A stretch of 64,000 bases of DNA from Phoronis australis (Eukaryota; Animalia; Phoronida). The translations under genes and the position numbers were made by a program. Shown in pieces: positions 28,257 through 39,554 of this stretch (position 1 is its first letter; each line of letters opens with the position of its first letter). Where the stretch lies: assembly GCA_002633005.1 (NCBI GenBank), contig NMRA01000042.1, forward strand, positions 761,648-825,647, given 5' to 3'. The notes beneath the pieces are model-generated. The model saw nothing but the letters and a program-made list of their open reading frames with translations, was not told the origin of the DNA and ran no database searches.

Positions 28257-28572
28257 CCATGATGGCGTTTTTCCGTTCAGTGACTTTATCAGACGTAGAG
28301 GGTTGTGAGCATGTGATAACTTCTCGCTTCTTTGTTGACTGCTAAACACAGTCATTTGTCTGTTATGACAACAGGCAGGCCAATTATCTACCAGGCTTAT
28401 TACATGACCCAGTGCAAATTGGTACATTCGGAAAGAACAGATTGTCGTAACTTTGGTTGTTGTTGGGCGATTTTGGCAATTCAAAAGCTTAGCATGGTCA
28501 CCATTTGATAAGGATTTCAGAAATGCTATTAGTTTATGTTCAAATATGTTATAACTTAACTTTTATTTTTAG
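28257..28572. repeat. Diverged partial copy of the 43830-44386 repeat, in an intron of the caspase-like gene
   Basis: Shared blocks GATAACTTCT, GCCAATTATCT.CCAGG, GTTGGGCGATTTTGG and CAGAAAT.CTATT.GTTTA. Confidence 0.65.
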
Positions 28573-29519
28573 CGGAGGTCAAGACTCACTTTATCATAGT
28601 CCATTTTAGGATAGGTTCCTAATTATTTGGGTCACTGCCTCGAAGGCATATTTTGAAAGGGTGAAGTTTCGGAGACCCTGGTACACTGCCTTTGGCGGTG
28701 TTTCAAATTCCCTTAAAACATGAGTTGCCAATTTTCTGGTGGCTGGTAAAATGATACCCGCAAGGAAGTGAAGACCATCAATCTTCAAGAGTTTAAATGA
28801 GCAATCAGGTTAATGTGATTTAAAGACTTGATTCCTTTTTGATCTGCTGTTTGAATTTAAACCACTAATCCTATTCCTAAGTCAACAAAAATGCATTCAT
28901 TGTCATTTGAATTGTGAGTACATTTTTGGGGCACCTGCAGAACTGTCCAAATTTCAGCCATATCATTGAAACTTATTTCAGATAGGCCAATGTGTAGTCA
29001 AACCAGATGGTTACAGACAACATCACCCCTCAGACCATGGGCTGAGATGTAAGCGATGAAAATTCCAGGATACCTTTACAACTACCGGAATGTTTTTTCC
29101 GCGTAAGCGAATTATTCATGGCATGGTACAAACTATTTTTCCTTTGGCAGTTTTGTGTTCCAAATAATAGAGATAGAAGTCAACTGTTCGAACTATTAGA
29201 TAAAAAATATAGGTGAAAACAATGAATTACTGAGGGTAGCCAAGGCCTGCTCTGTACAAACTTTCAAAATGAAAATTAAAAATATTAGTACTACTGTCAC
29301 CCTAATTTTTTATTATGGGTCTCATTATCTTGAGAACATCAGAAGCCCGAGGCCATATAATTAATTACAACAGCACAGTGTCTTTGATTTAAGCCGCCAA
29401 ACTCTGAGGTATGCAAACCAGTCAAGTTGCCCAATCTCGACCCATTAGGATTCTTTTCACGTCCACAGCACTATGGAAATGAGTAAGCTGTCAACTGGAC
29501 CAAAACAAATATTACCTAC

Positions 29520-29637
29520 CTTATTCCTCCAATTCGTGGATCTGTCATGATGTTTTTGAATCGAGTAGCATCTCTGTGGTAATTGCGCCGTGCCTCATCT
29601 TTTCCACCAATGACAAACAAATAATGGTGTCTGTTAC
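29520..29637 (-). CDS. Caspase-fold (C14, metacaspase/orthocaspase-like) peptidase, internal exon encoding beta1-alpha1
   Basis: Acceptor TGGTATAG|GT and donor AG|GTAGGT; 118 nt, phase 1-2. It encodes GNRHHYLFVIGGKDEARRNYHRDATRFKNIMTDPRIGGIR, resembling the first strand and helix of bacterial caspase-like domains (ALLIG...DA..l...L.dp..ggf). It splices in frame to 27661. Confidence 0.8.
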
Positions 29638-31486
29638 CTATACCAGACAATATGAGGAAATTTCACTAAACAATGACAATCCTTCCTGACCATTTAAGAA
29701 ACCAAGGACCATACAAAACTAAATACGTCATTGAAAATTAAATTTTTTCATTGTTTGAATATTAAAAATTGGTTAACTACAGCCGCAAAAAACGAAATAA
29801 TGAGAATTAAAACTGCTATTCATTTGTTGATATGTCCCAACCTATATTGTATAACCTGCCTGGGCAACACCAAGGGGAAAGTTGACTTGCCCGCACTAAG
29901 CAGAGAAAACTCACCTGAGTGACCTAAATACCTCAAAAGAATGTCAAAAGAAGGTACAACACTTTCGTGAAGAATCTTCGACAAATTATTCTCCTTTTAC
30001 AATGCGGTGTGGACCACCAAACACGTAGCTAATATTTTTCACTCGGTGTAATTTCTCAGTAACTACGTATCTAAATACCAACCAACCAAGCACTTCTGCT
30101 TCAGCAAAGTAGTTAGTCTATTTATTCACATCACCTTCCAAACAACCCAATAACCAAAAACATATGTAACACTGGTGCACGCGTTACACTTAAGGTCTTT
30201 TGAAATCTGAGATATTTCTTTTAGTGTAAAAGTGGCTGGAAAAGTGATGCCAGTAAATCAGTGAAGCCTAGTAGACTGCATTTTTTAAACAAAACAACAA
30301 AAAAGGTAAATGCCAATTCAGTTACGGAATTACATAAAATCCATGTCTTTCGAGTAGCTAGTGATTTTTCATTTCGGTATACATTTCACTAACTGAATGA
30401 TTCCTAGCTGCGTATTAAAAATTAGCCATGCAGGCTGCACAGTCATGTAAACTCAACTAACTGTGCAAGCTTCTATCTTTCCCATAATTGACCTATCGCA
30501 AGCTCCGCCCCTATGCGAAAAGTCATGTGATACCCGACATTCGAACGAAAGGTTAGAGGCAAATACACTGTCGCTAAACGACGTTCCTGGTGGAATCATC
30601 GATGAGTATTTTTGTACTATTTGAAAACGCGTCGACAGAGACAAGAGGTGATGCTTTTCAACAGTGAATCGTAAATTCATGATATGGAAATTTGTAAAGG
30701 TGACGATGAAAAAATAAGTGCTTGAGGAGCCAGCGAAAATCCGAACAACCCCTCAGCCTCGGGGCCACCTTCACCTGACAAATGACAAGGCCACTGATAC
30801 GATATGTTCATGTAAAGCTGGGTATGTACCTCAAGGTCGAATTATCTGTACGATTCCATAGATTTCATGATATTTCGAATAAAATCTGAAGATTCACCGA
30901 TATCTTTATTCTGTCGTCTGCTAAATTTCGCCAAATGAAAAGTAGGTCACAACTGGTGGGACTCCTGGAGTAAAGTAGGTCATAGATTACGGACAACACA
31001 CGCACTATAGTGTCTGACTAGGTCGACTGGATAGCACTGTTTACGCTTTTCTAATTTTGTTACGAAATATTTTGATAAAAAAATTCAGGTTCATAGCTGC
31101 AGGTACACACTCATCTCGTCCTGGCCAAACAGTTAACTCCGGTAGGTCTAGGGCTGTGTCTAAGTAAAATTAATGTCTGGAATTCAGTGGTGTATCTAAG
31201 ATACCACAGGGGCGCCAACATATGTTGCCTCGTGGAATTGGGCAAAGTGCGATTGTATGTGCACAGGCGGACCGAAAGTTGCAGGGGCCAGGGATGTAAA
31301 CCGTTGGACCTTCTGCACAGAAAATCTATCGGTGGACTAAAAAAACAGTAACACGATTCCGCCACGATCTGGGGTCTGAGCCCCCCCTTTTCCGCTACCA
31401 GTCCTATTTACTGAACTCAGTATCTCCTCACGCTCTTGCTGTTTCAATTTTGCTTGCGGCAGCCGGGGGGGGGGGGGGGGGGGGGG

Positions 31487-31692
31487 NNNNNNNNNNNNNN
31501 NNNNNNNNNNNNNNNNNNNNNNNNNNNNNNNNNNNNNNNNNNNNNNNNNNNNNNNNNNNNNNNNNNNNNNNNNNNNNNNNNNNNNNNNNNNNNNNNNNNN
31601 NNNNNNNNNNNNNNNNNNNNNNNNNNNNNNNNNNNNNNNNNNNNNNNNNNNNNNNNNNNNNNNNNNNNNNNNNNNNNNNNNNNNNNNNNNNN
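31487..31692. other. Assembly gap preceded by a poly-G run
   Basis: N run after ~22 G. Confidence 1.
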
Positions 31693-33098
31693 ATAGCCAC
31701 CAAGCTGAAAAGTGCGTATCTTGGAACTAATATATTTGTGTTTATAATAGCCTTCGAGTTATCAAGCAACATCGCTAAGTTCAGCTGCTCGTGTGGCCGT
31801 ACAGTTTGATCCATAGTTTACACTTTTCAACCTCACTTTTTGGCTTAGGACATGCCAAAAATGACGGGATATTATTCTGGAGCAGCATAACGGCTGTCGG
31901 TGCTACACACGTCATATCAACACCGTTTTCCCATTCTTAGCGGACAATTTCTTGAGCTATAGACTAAAGTAAGTTTTACTCGACTGCGAGTGGTTTGTCG
32001 GGTAAAATGGCGGCTTGGAAACGCAGACGAAGGTGTGCCAAGAATGCTGCGTTCTGATTGGTCAATTAAGCCGTCCGTCATAATCCTGGCGATAGGTCAA
32101 TTACTTTCTCCTTGCCCCAGCTTTCTGTCTACAAGAGGAGCAAGTTGATCCGCCACAAGTCACGCTACCTACAAGAGGTGGGGGTTAAGTTGTCACATCC
32201 AAGACAAGATCCACATGATCGCTGCAGCCAAATCATCATGTTCCCATCATGGGCTCCCCATTCAAATTTCACTGCATTCTCATAGAGCCATTAAAGTCAC
32301 TTTGATAAGTGGTGATGACACAAGTCAACTAGCCCCATTGTGTTTCTCACACATTTACATAATAGATGTTGGGACATTCACAGAACAAAGGTTGCAATGC
32401 GCATTATTTTTCATTTCTTCTGTTACCCAGTAAAGCAATATTAGCCATGAACTCATACAAAAAAAGCTTTCCTTTAAACACTTACTGGAAGCTGGCAGCA
32501 AAAGTTTCTGCAAACCAGCCGCAACATACGAAACCATCTCTGGTCAAAACAGTGGTATAAGTTTCCTTCAACCCAGCTACAAATTTGCCACAAACACGCG
32601 GCAAACTTTTACTATACAAAAGAAGTTTGAAACAAACTTGCTGCAATCTCCGCATCCTTATATTGAACATTTCCCGCTAAGCAACTGCACACATTGCTGT
32701 AAACATCTTCAAGGGGACTAAAGGGAAGTTTCCACAAACCAGCGGCAAACATTGCAAGATTTCAACAAACTAGATTATATTGTGTACATGTCCATGGTAT
32801 GTACCAAGATATCCTTGATAAAAATGCAATTTTTATTATATGATCAGAAATACATAAAATCAACTGGTTACAGGTGCTGACCTATTGATTTCAATCCTAT
32901 AAAACCACTAGAAATAAAACCAAAAAAATACAGAACAATAAATAACTGGCAATAATATCAGTCTTCCTGCCAAAATTGCATCTAACCAGAACAACTTACA
33001 TGTATGCATGCATGCCTGCAGTAGTGTAATCTAAATTACCACGGAGAAAGACTGGCACAACAAAAGCCTTTGATACATTCTTTTTTATAGAAAAATGA

Positions 33099-34708
33099 AA
33101 CAAGAGCAACGCAGAGCGTTGAAATGCGCCCACGAATGCATTGCAAATGGTGTGCTTTTAGGGTTATTTATCTGTATCATAAAAATGGCCACTAGATGGC
33201 GCAAAAACATACAATCCATCCAAAAACAGGAACATGCCATATTTCATAAAAATCTGTCAAGGAACTTCAGAGAAATAAAGGAAAACTGAATAAAATAAAA
33301 TTGCCACAAGTGGGCACAGTGTCCGCTGGATCCGCCCGAAAGTCGTCGTCGTCTGTTGCTATCTTCATATAAATACACTTACTAAATTTAATAAACATCC
33401 TACAGTGGGTTTAGGAGATATAAGTATGGGCGCAAAACAAAACTACCACTAGGAGGCATCACAGTAGTCAGGTGGTGCAAAATACCTCGATTCCATCCAA
33501 AAACAGAAAGATAGCATCATCACACCAATAGATGCCTAAAATTTAACATTCTATGAAAATCTGTTGAGGACCTTTGAAGATACAGCATTAAACGTAAAAA
33601 ACTAAAATTGCCACTAGGGGGCACAGCAGTAGTCAGATCTGTCTGAAAGTCGTCGTCGTCCATAGTCAACATCATATAAATACACTTGCTAAATTATAAT
33701 AAAGATCATGCAAACAGTTTAGGAGACACAGCCATGAGCGCAAAAAAACTGCAGATTGGAGGCGCCCCAGTGGTCAAAGAAGTCAGAAAATCATCGTCAG
33801 CCGTCCACTTCATACTAAAAGCTTACATGCCAATTTTCACAATTATCCTGAAAACGGTTTGATTGATGGATAAGTGGACGCTAAAAAACTCGCAAGCAGT
33901 AAAAATGGCAACTAAGTGGCGCAAACTAGGTTGAATTCATCTGAAAACGGAGACATAGCGACACCTCATTAATAGATGCCTATATGCCAAATTTTATGAA
34001 AATACGATGAAGACTTTTGAAGATACAGAGGTAAACGTAAAAAAATAAAATTGCCACTAGGTGGCACACCAGTTGTCAGATCTGTCCGAAAGTCGTCGTC
34101 GCTGTTGTTAACATCATATAAATATACTCACAAAATTTCGTAAAGATCCTGCGAACGGTTTAGGAGATACAGCCATTGGCCCAAAAAAAAAACAAAACTG
34201 CCACTAGGAGGCGCCACAGTAGTCGAAATTGTCGGAAAATCATTGTCAACCGTCCTCTTCATTGTAAGAACATACATTCCAATTTTCACAATCATCCTTT
34301 GAGCGGTTTGGTTGATAGAGGAGTGGACGCAAAAAGCAGACTCGAAAATAGTAAAAATGGCCACAAGGTGGCGCAAACTATGTCGAATCCACCCGAAAAC
34401 GGAAGGATAGCATCACCTCACTAATAGGTGCCTACATACCAAATTTCATGAAAATCCGTTATAAACTTTTAAAGATACAAAGGTGAGCGTAAAAAACTAA
34501 AATTGCCACTAGGGGGCACACCAATAGTTGGATCCGTCCGAAAGTTCGCTCATGCCGCCCATTCACGAATGGAACATGTGTGCCAGATTTCATGAACGTA
34601 CGTCAAAGGGTTTTGGAGATAGAGCAGCGGACGCTGGACGGACGCTGGATGGCCGAACGGAGATGACGGCATAATGCGTCCACATATAAATATGTGGGCG
34701 CATAAAAA
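33099..34708 (+). mobile_element. Complete non-autonomous Helentron-associated element (HINE/DINE-1-like) with internal tandem array
   Basis: One end has AACAAGAG, a hairpin CAACGC-AGA-GCGTTG and subterminal IR ATGCGCCCAC. The other end has a GGAC-type microsatellite, ATGCGTCCACATAT-AA-ATATGTGGGCGCAT (palindrome including the IR GTGGGCGCAT) and an A-run. Internal ~450-bp repeats have markers at ~33608, 34051 and 34503. There is no TSD and the flanks are A/T-rich. Strand is given as read on +. Confidence 0.8.
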
Positions 34709-36320
34709 TATCCAAGTAGGTGTTACCCTTTTCTATTTTCTCTTCAAATTTTTGCCATAACTTTGACTAAAATTTATTAAGATTCGTACAACTATTGCAC
34801 ACCGAATCCACTGTTTTCAAAATAATTTGACTTGGCGTCAAAACATATATAAGTGTATTATACACATAAAATCCTCCATGACTGTGTTGATGGTTGTAAT
34901 TGAGAATTTCTAAGACTATCTAACATAGATGTGGAGAATTTTTCGCTTACACTGGTCACCCATCTGATTTCCTAAGCCCCAGACAATTTTCAGGATACCT
35001 ATTCAGCACGCCCTTTGTATTGAAGTAGATCTGAGCTAATGAATTGGAAAGGTAATAGCTAGCGCTATTTTCTTAGCAATGGTGGTCCTTATTACACCCA
35101 AATTGTTTTTCTCTGGCATTTGCACAGAGTTAAAACCTGCAATGTGGAGAGCAGTTTTGACTTGGTACATTTTAAATATTACAAAAAGACTAAAAAGTTA
35201 ATATGCGTTGATCTTGACAAAGGGCCACTTCCCAAAAGAGCATTGGTGTTAAGTACGTTTCATACCTGTTTTTGTTACTTTATTTTAATACTCCTGTCTA
35301 CTTTTTTTTCTTACCAGTTAAGGTTGCTATCTTTTTATTTTGTGCTTAAACAAAGTATCAAAACAACTTAGAAGTCAGTTAATTGTGAACCCATCCCTGA
35401 ATTTTCCAGATTAAAGCTACACCAAACATGTCACAGCAAACAAAACTACACGTGCCATTAGTTCAAGTTCAATCTTCATTAGAACTCAAATCATAAAACA
35501 TATACGAAAGTGCAAACATGGTGATAGCCAAACTGAAGATTTGGAACCTCTGGACAATTTTGGTTACAGTAGCTACATATTATTACTATTCTAGTTTTTC
35601 CTCAGTCATAAAAAATGAAATCACAGGTCTTGCCCACCAACCAACCTAATCCACTGCTTGCACTCTCTCTTTAGACTACAAAGCCATCGTTCCCTTACAA
35701 CTACAAGCTATCGAAATTGATGCATTTCCGCGAATAACAGTTTTCCAGTTAGTGTACTACTCCTGGAGTAAAGTTCGGCATGCACTGGGCCATAAGCAAT
35801 GTTTTAAATGTTATTGACATCTAATTTAGTCACTGTGTGTTGTTTATAGATATTTTAACGTAGCTTAGTTGTACATTAAATCCACGTGATATTGTTAACT
35901 CTGATCAGCATTTGTAAATCACCGATTATATCAATACGCACAGTCCTTTATCTTCAAACGCACCCAATGTCTGCAGTTTTTAGCTTAATAGTTCATTGAT
36001 TTTTGAAAATTGAAAACCAAACTTGGTTGCTTTTCATCTGAATACAGCTGTGGTATTTTGTTTTTAACGAAAACTGTAGGTTAATGCATTTTAAAAATTC
36101 GCCAGTATGTACAGGCAGAGGTGTATCCTACAGTTTATGGTCGGGTAATTACACTTAATTGGATCTTGCTCGCAGCGGACAATGCGGTCATCGCAACTGA
36201 GTCCGACTCTGGCGCCGCGCTCTCTTTGATCCTGGTAAAAGCCGCTCAAAAGGACGAGCGGTGAAAAGTCACGCATATCTTTAGAAATGCGTGACTTTCG
36301 TGTAAGCGTATTATTTACGA

Positions 36321-38556
36321 CATGACAAGCTTCACCCTGAAATCGTAAAGAGTGAAAATTGCCCCAGAAATCACCATAATAATATGATTTAATTCTGAAA
36401 ATTTCAAAAGACTCCCAATCTCCCCACATGCACTATCATGCAAAAGAAAATTGTAGTGAAAATTATGAAATAGTGGTGATGGTGACACACTGAAATTTGC
36501 TGGATTGTTAGATGATGACATTTCATTTGCAGTTTACATGCAAGTTGGACAGATTTCAAAGCAGTGAAATTTGGCAAAGCATATTTAAATATTTTGACAT
36601 TATCATACCATCAAATCATCATTGTTGCAGTGTGACTCACATAGAAAGTACGTCACCAAAATCCAATGAAAGAGAGAGTTCATTATACTGCATTTTCACT
36701 AACTTTGTTCGTCTTGAAATTTGATCAATCAGAACTTGCTTTTGTGTTCTCCATCTCTAATGTGTAGTATGTCAAATATTTCCAACTAGACAAGGGCACA
36801 TGCTAAATGTACCACACCTTTATTAAAGAACCCAATAAGTGAGACTACAGCACACTCATAAAATACATATAACGTATACACAAAAAAGATGACAACAAAC
36901 CAATTGGTTCAGCATCCCGAGATCCATGGTTTGGACAAAAAACTGGATTCAAATCTTTTTTCGCCAAGCATTGTTTGCAGTAGAAGTAGCAACGTTTATC
37001 CCAGCACAGAGAAATATTCACTAGAAAATAGGAAAAAAAGCAAGGTTAGAGTCAATTTATTTTACAGTGTATGACATCATGAAAGCCAAATACAATGTAA
37101 CAATGAGTGGTGGATCTACATTTTAGGACCAGTGAAGCTTGGTCATAGCTGGAACAGTTGCATAATGCCGACCACAAAAAATTTGGTTATATTTCTGGCT
37201 AAAGAACCCCTGAAATATTTAGAGCAGGTCTCTAAGCACTAACTCAGTTAATTTGACACCTCTTGTCATTGAGACCGTAAGTCATTGTACACCAACCACT
37301 GGTTACAATGGCTGGGATTGAAACAGTATGAGCACGTACAATTCATGACTTGCAGACACAGATTTTGTATCCAAAATGGCTTGAATATTAGACAAGAAAC
37401 CAATTTGAAACAACAATGTTTAAGAGATGGTGCTTTCATTATATCAAGTCCTTTTGAAGGTAGTCACAAGCAGACAATATACTCGTAATACAGTTTTCAA
37501 AACAATAAAATGAAACTTTTCGGCCACATTAACAGAAAAGAATAAACAAATAAATTGAATGCTATGAAAAAAGACAGACCTAAACCAACCCTAAGCCATG
37601 GCGCATATCCAAAGCCCAGTATCCTTATCTTAGTAAAGCAATGTGCACACAATCGAATGTAATATACGGCTAATAAGGGCATCCAGTCATTAATTTCTAT
37701 AGGTCATGTCTAATTTTATTCCAATTTTCGACCCACCCAAGAGAAGTGGAATACAACTTTTAGACCACTGTCTACACACTCTGACTGTCGCATATGAGCT
37801 TGATACAAGTTGTATTAAAAAACTTCGAGTAGACAGAGATTACCATAGCCTCATCTCAAGAAAAAGAACAACCAACTCAGAATAGCAGTAGTCACAAATT
37901 GATAGAAGTTTGACACATGAAAAAATATCACTGCTGTCTCAGCGCCTCAATGTCGGCAAGTTTTGAAATTTTATGGCGTTTGGCACGAATGATATTGTAG
38001 TCCCACTAAGCTCTCATGGAGTTATTGTTGGAGGTTGATTTGACAAGAGTATTGGTGCGCGCAATAAAATACAGCATCATGCTATCTGGTGTAACTCTGA
38101 TGTTGTTACTAAGAATGATACAACTTCCTTGCAGTTGACAACTTGGCAAAACTTCAACTAACTGAAGTTCCACCAATGAGAAAGGAAATCAATGCAAGAC
38201 ATCTTTCTAACTTACTTCTTGGATACATCAAACATGCGACACATCTATCATCGTACCCTTGGTCATCAAAGAAGGGCGCAGAGTCTTCACCTCCTGACTT
38301 GACATACAGTTCCTTCAATCAATGTTTCACATATATTGAACGTTTAATTCCAACATGCATAATACTTCAACATAAGGGCCTTTCATACTAGCTACGACAC
38401 GTTGATGTTAGCAGATGCAGCATGATCCAACATTGTCACACTAAAAAAACCTTAGCGTGCAGTTTACGTCAATGCTCCGTCAGTATGAAAAGGCCTATAA
38501 AGTGTTTCAGTAATGTGACTAAACCCTAAAACAATATCCACAAGAACAATATTAAG
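36321..38556 (+). repeat. Direct duplication, copy A (copy B is 39555-41477)
   Basis: Colinear, highly similar sequence starting CATGACAAGCTTCACCCTG in both copies, with scattered SNPs and indels. Confidence 0.92.
38376..38496. mobile_element. ~120-bp PIF/Harbinger-like MITE (duplicated at ~41296-41416)
   Basis: TAA|GGGCCTTTCATACT … AGTATGAAAAGGCCT inverted termini. Confidence 0.45.
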
Positions 38557-38835
38557 GCAGTGTTCTCCACATTGTAAATTCCAAATATTTTGTAGCAGTT
38601 GTTGACATTGTGTCATTTCTAATCATAACCATGGGTGTGCTGGACGTATTTATATATGGTTTAAAACTGCACACTGCACTGGTGTGACCTACTTTTTAGA
38701 CACTTCAAAGTTTAGCTTTCCTACCAATATATCTCATAATTCCTCCAAAGCATTTGACAGACCCAGAGCATCAAACAAAAGATTAAAAGTTCTTTTAATA
38801 ATATCAATGCCGATTTTAATATCAATTAGACATAT

Positions 38836-39554
38836 NNNNNNNNNNNNNNNNNNNNNNNNNNNNNNNNNNNNNNNNNNNNNNNNNNNNNNNNNNNNNNNNN
38901 NNNNNNNNNNNNNNNNNNNNNNNNNNNNNNNNNNNNNNNNNNNNNNNNNNNNNNNNNNNNNNNNNNNNNNNNNNNNNNNNNNNNNNNNNNNNNNNNNNNN
39001 NNNNNNNNNNNNNNNNNNNNNNNNNNNNNNNNNNNNNNNNNNNNNNNNNNNNNNNNNNNNNNNNNNNNNNNNNNNNNNNNNNNNNNNNNNNNNNNNNNNN
39101 NNNNNNNNNNNNNNNNNNNNNNNNNNNNNNNNNNNNNNNNNNNNNNNNNNNNNNNNNNNNNNNNNNNNNNNNNNNNNNNNNNNNNNNNNNNNNNNNNNNN
39201 NNNNNNNNNNNNNNNNNNNNNNNNNNNNNNNNNNNNNNNNNNNNNNNNNNNNNNNNNNNNNNNNNNNNNNNNNNNNNNNNNNNNNNNNNNNNNNNNNNNN
39301 NNNNNNNNNNNNNNNNNNNNNNNNNNNNNNNNNNNNNNNNNNNNNNNNNNNNNNNNNNNNNNNNNNNNNNNNNNNNNNNNNNNNNNNNNNNNNNNNNNNN
39401 NNNNNNNNNNNNNNNNNNNNNNNNNNNNNNNNNNNNNNNNNNNNNNNNNNNNNNNNNNNNNNNNNNNNNNNNNNNNNNNNNNNNNNNNNNNNNNNNNNNN
39501 NNNNNNNNNNNNNNNNNNNNNNNNNNNNNNNNNNNNNNNNNNNNNNNNNNNNNN
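38836..39554. other. Assembly gap
   Basis: N run. Confidence 1.

Noticed and set aside
31465-31486. Poly-G run as a poly-Gly/Pro CDS or G-quadruplex
   Set aside because: It abuts a gap, so it is probably the cause of sequencing dropout; its true length and context are unknown.
38050-38391. ORF conserved in both duplicate copies (38143-38391 and 41063-41311)
   Set aside because: The conservation is explained by the duplication; it has a non-ATG start and no recognisable domain on either strand.
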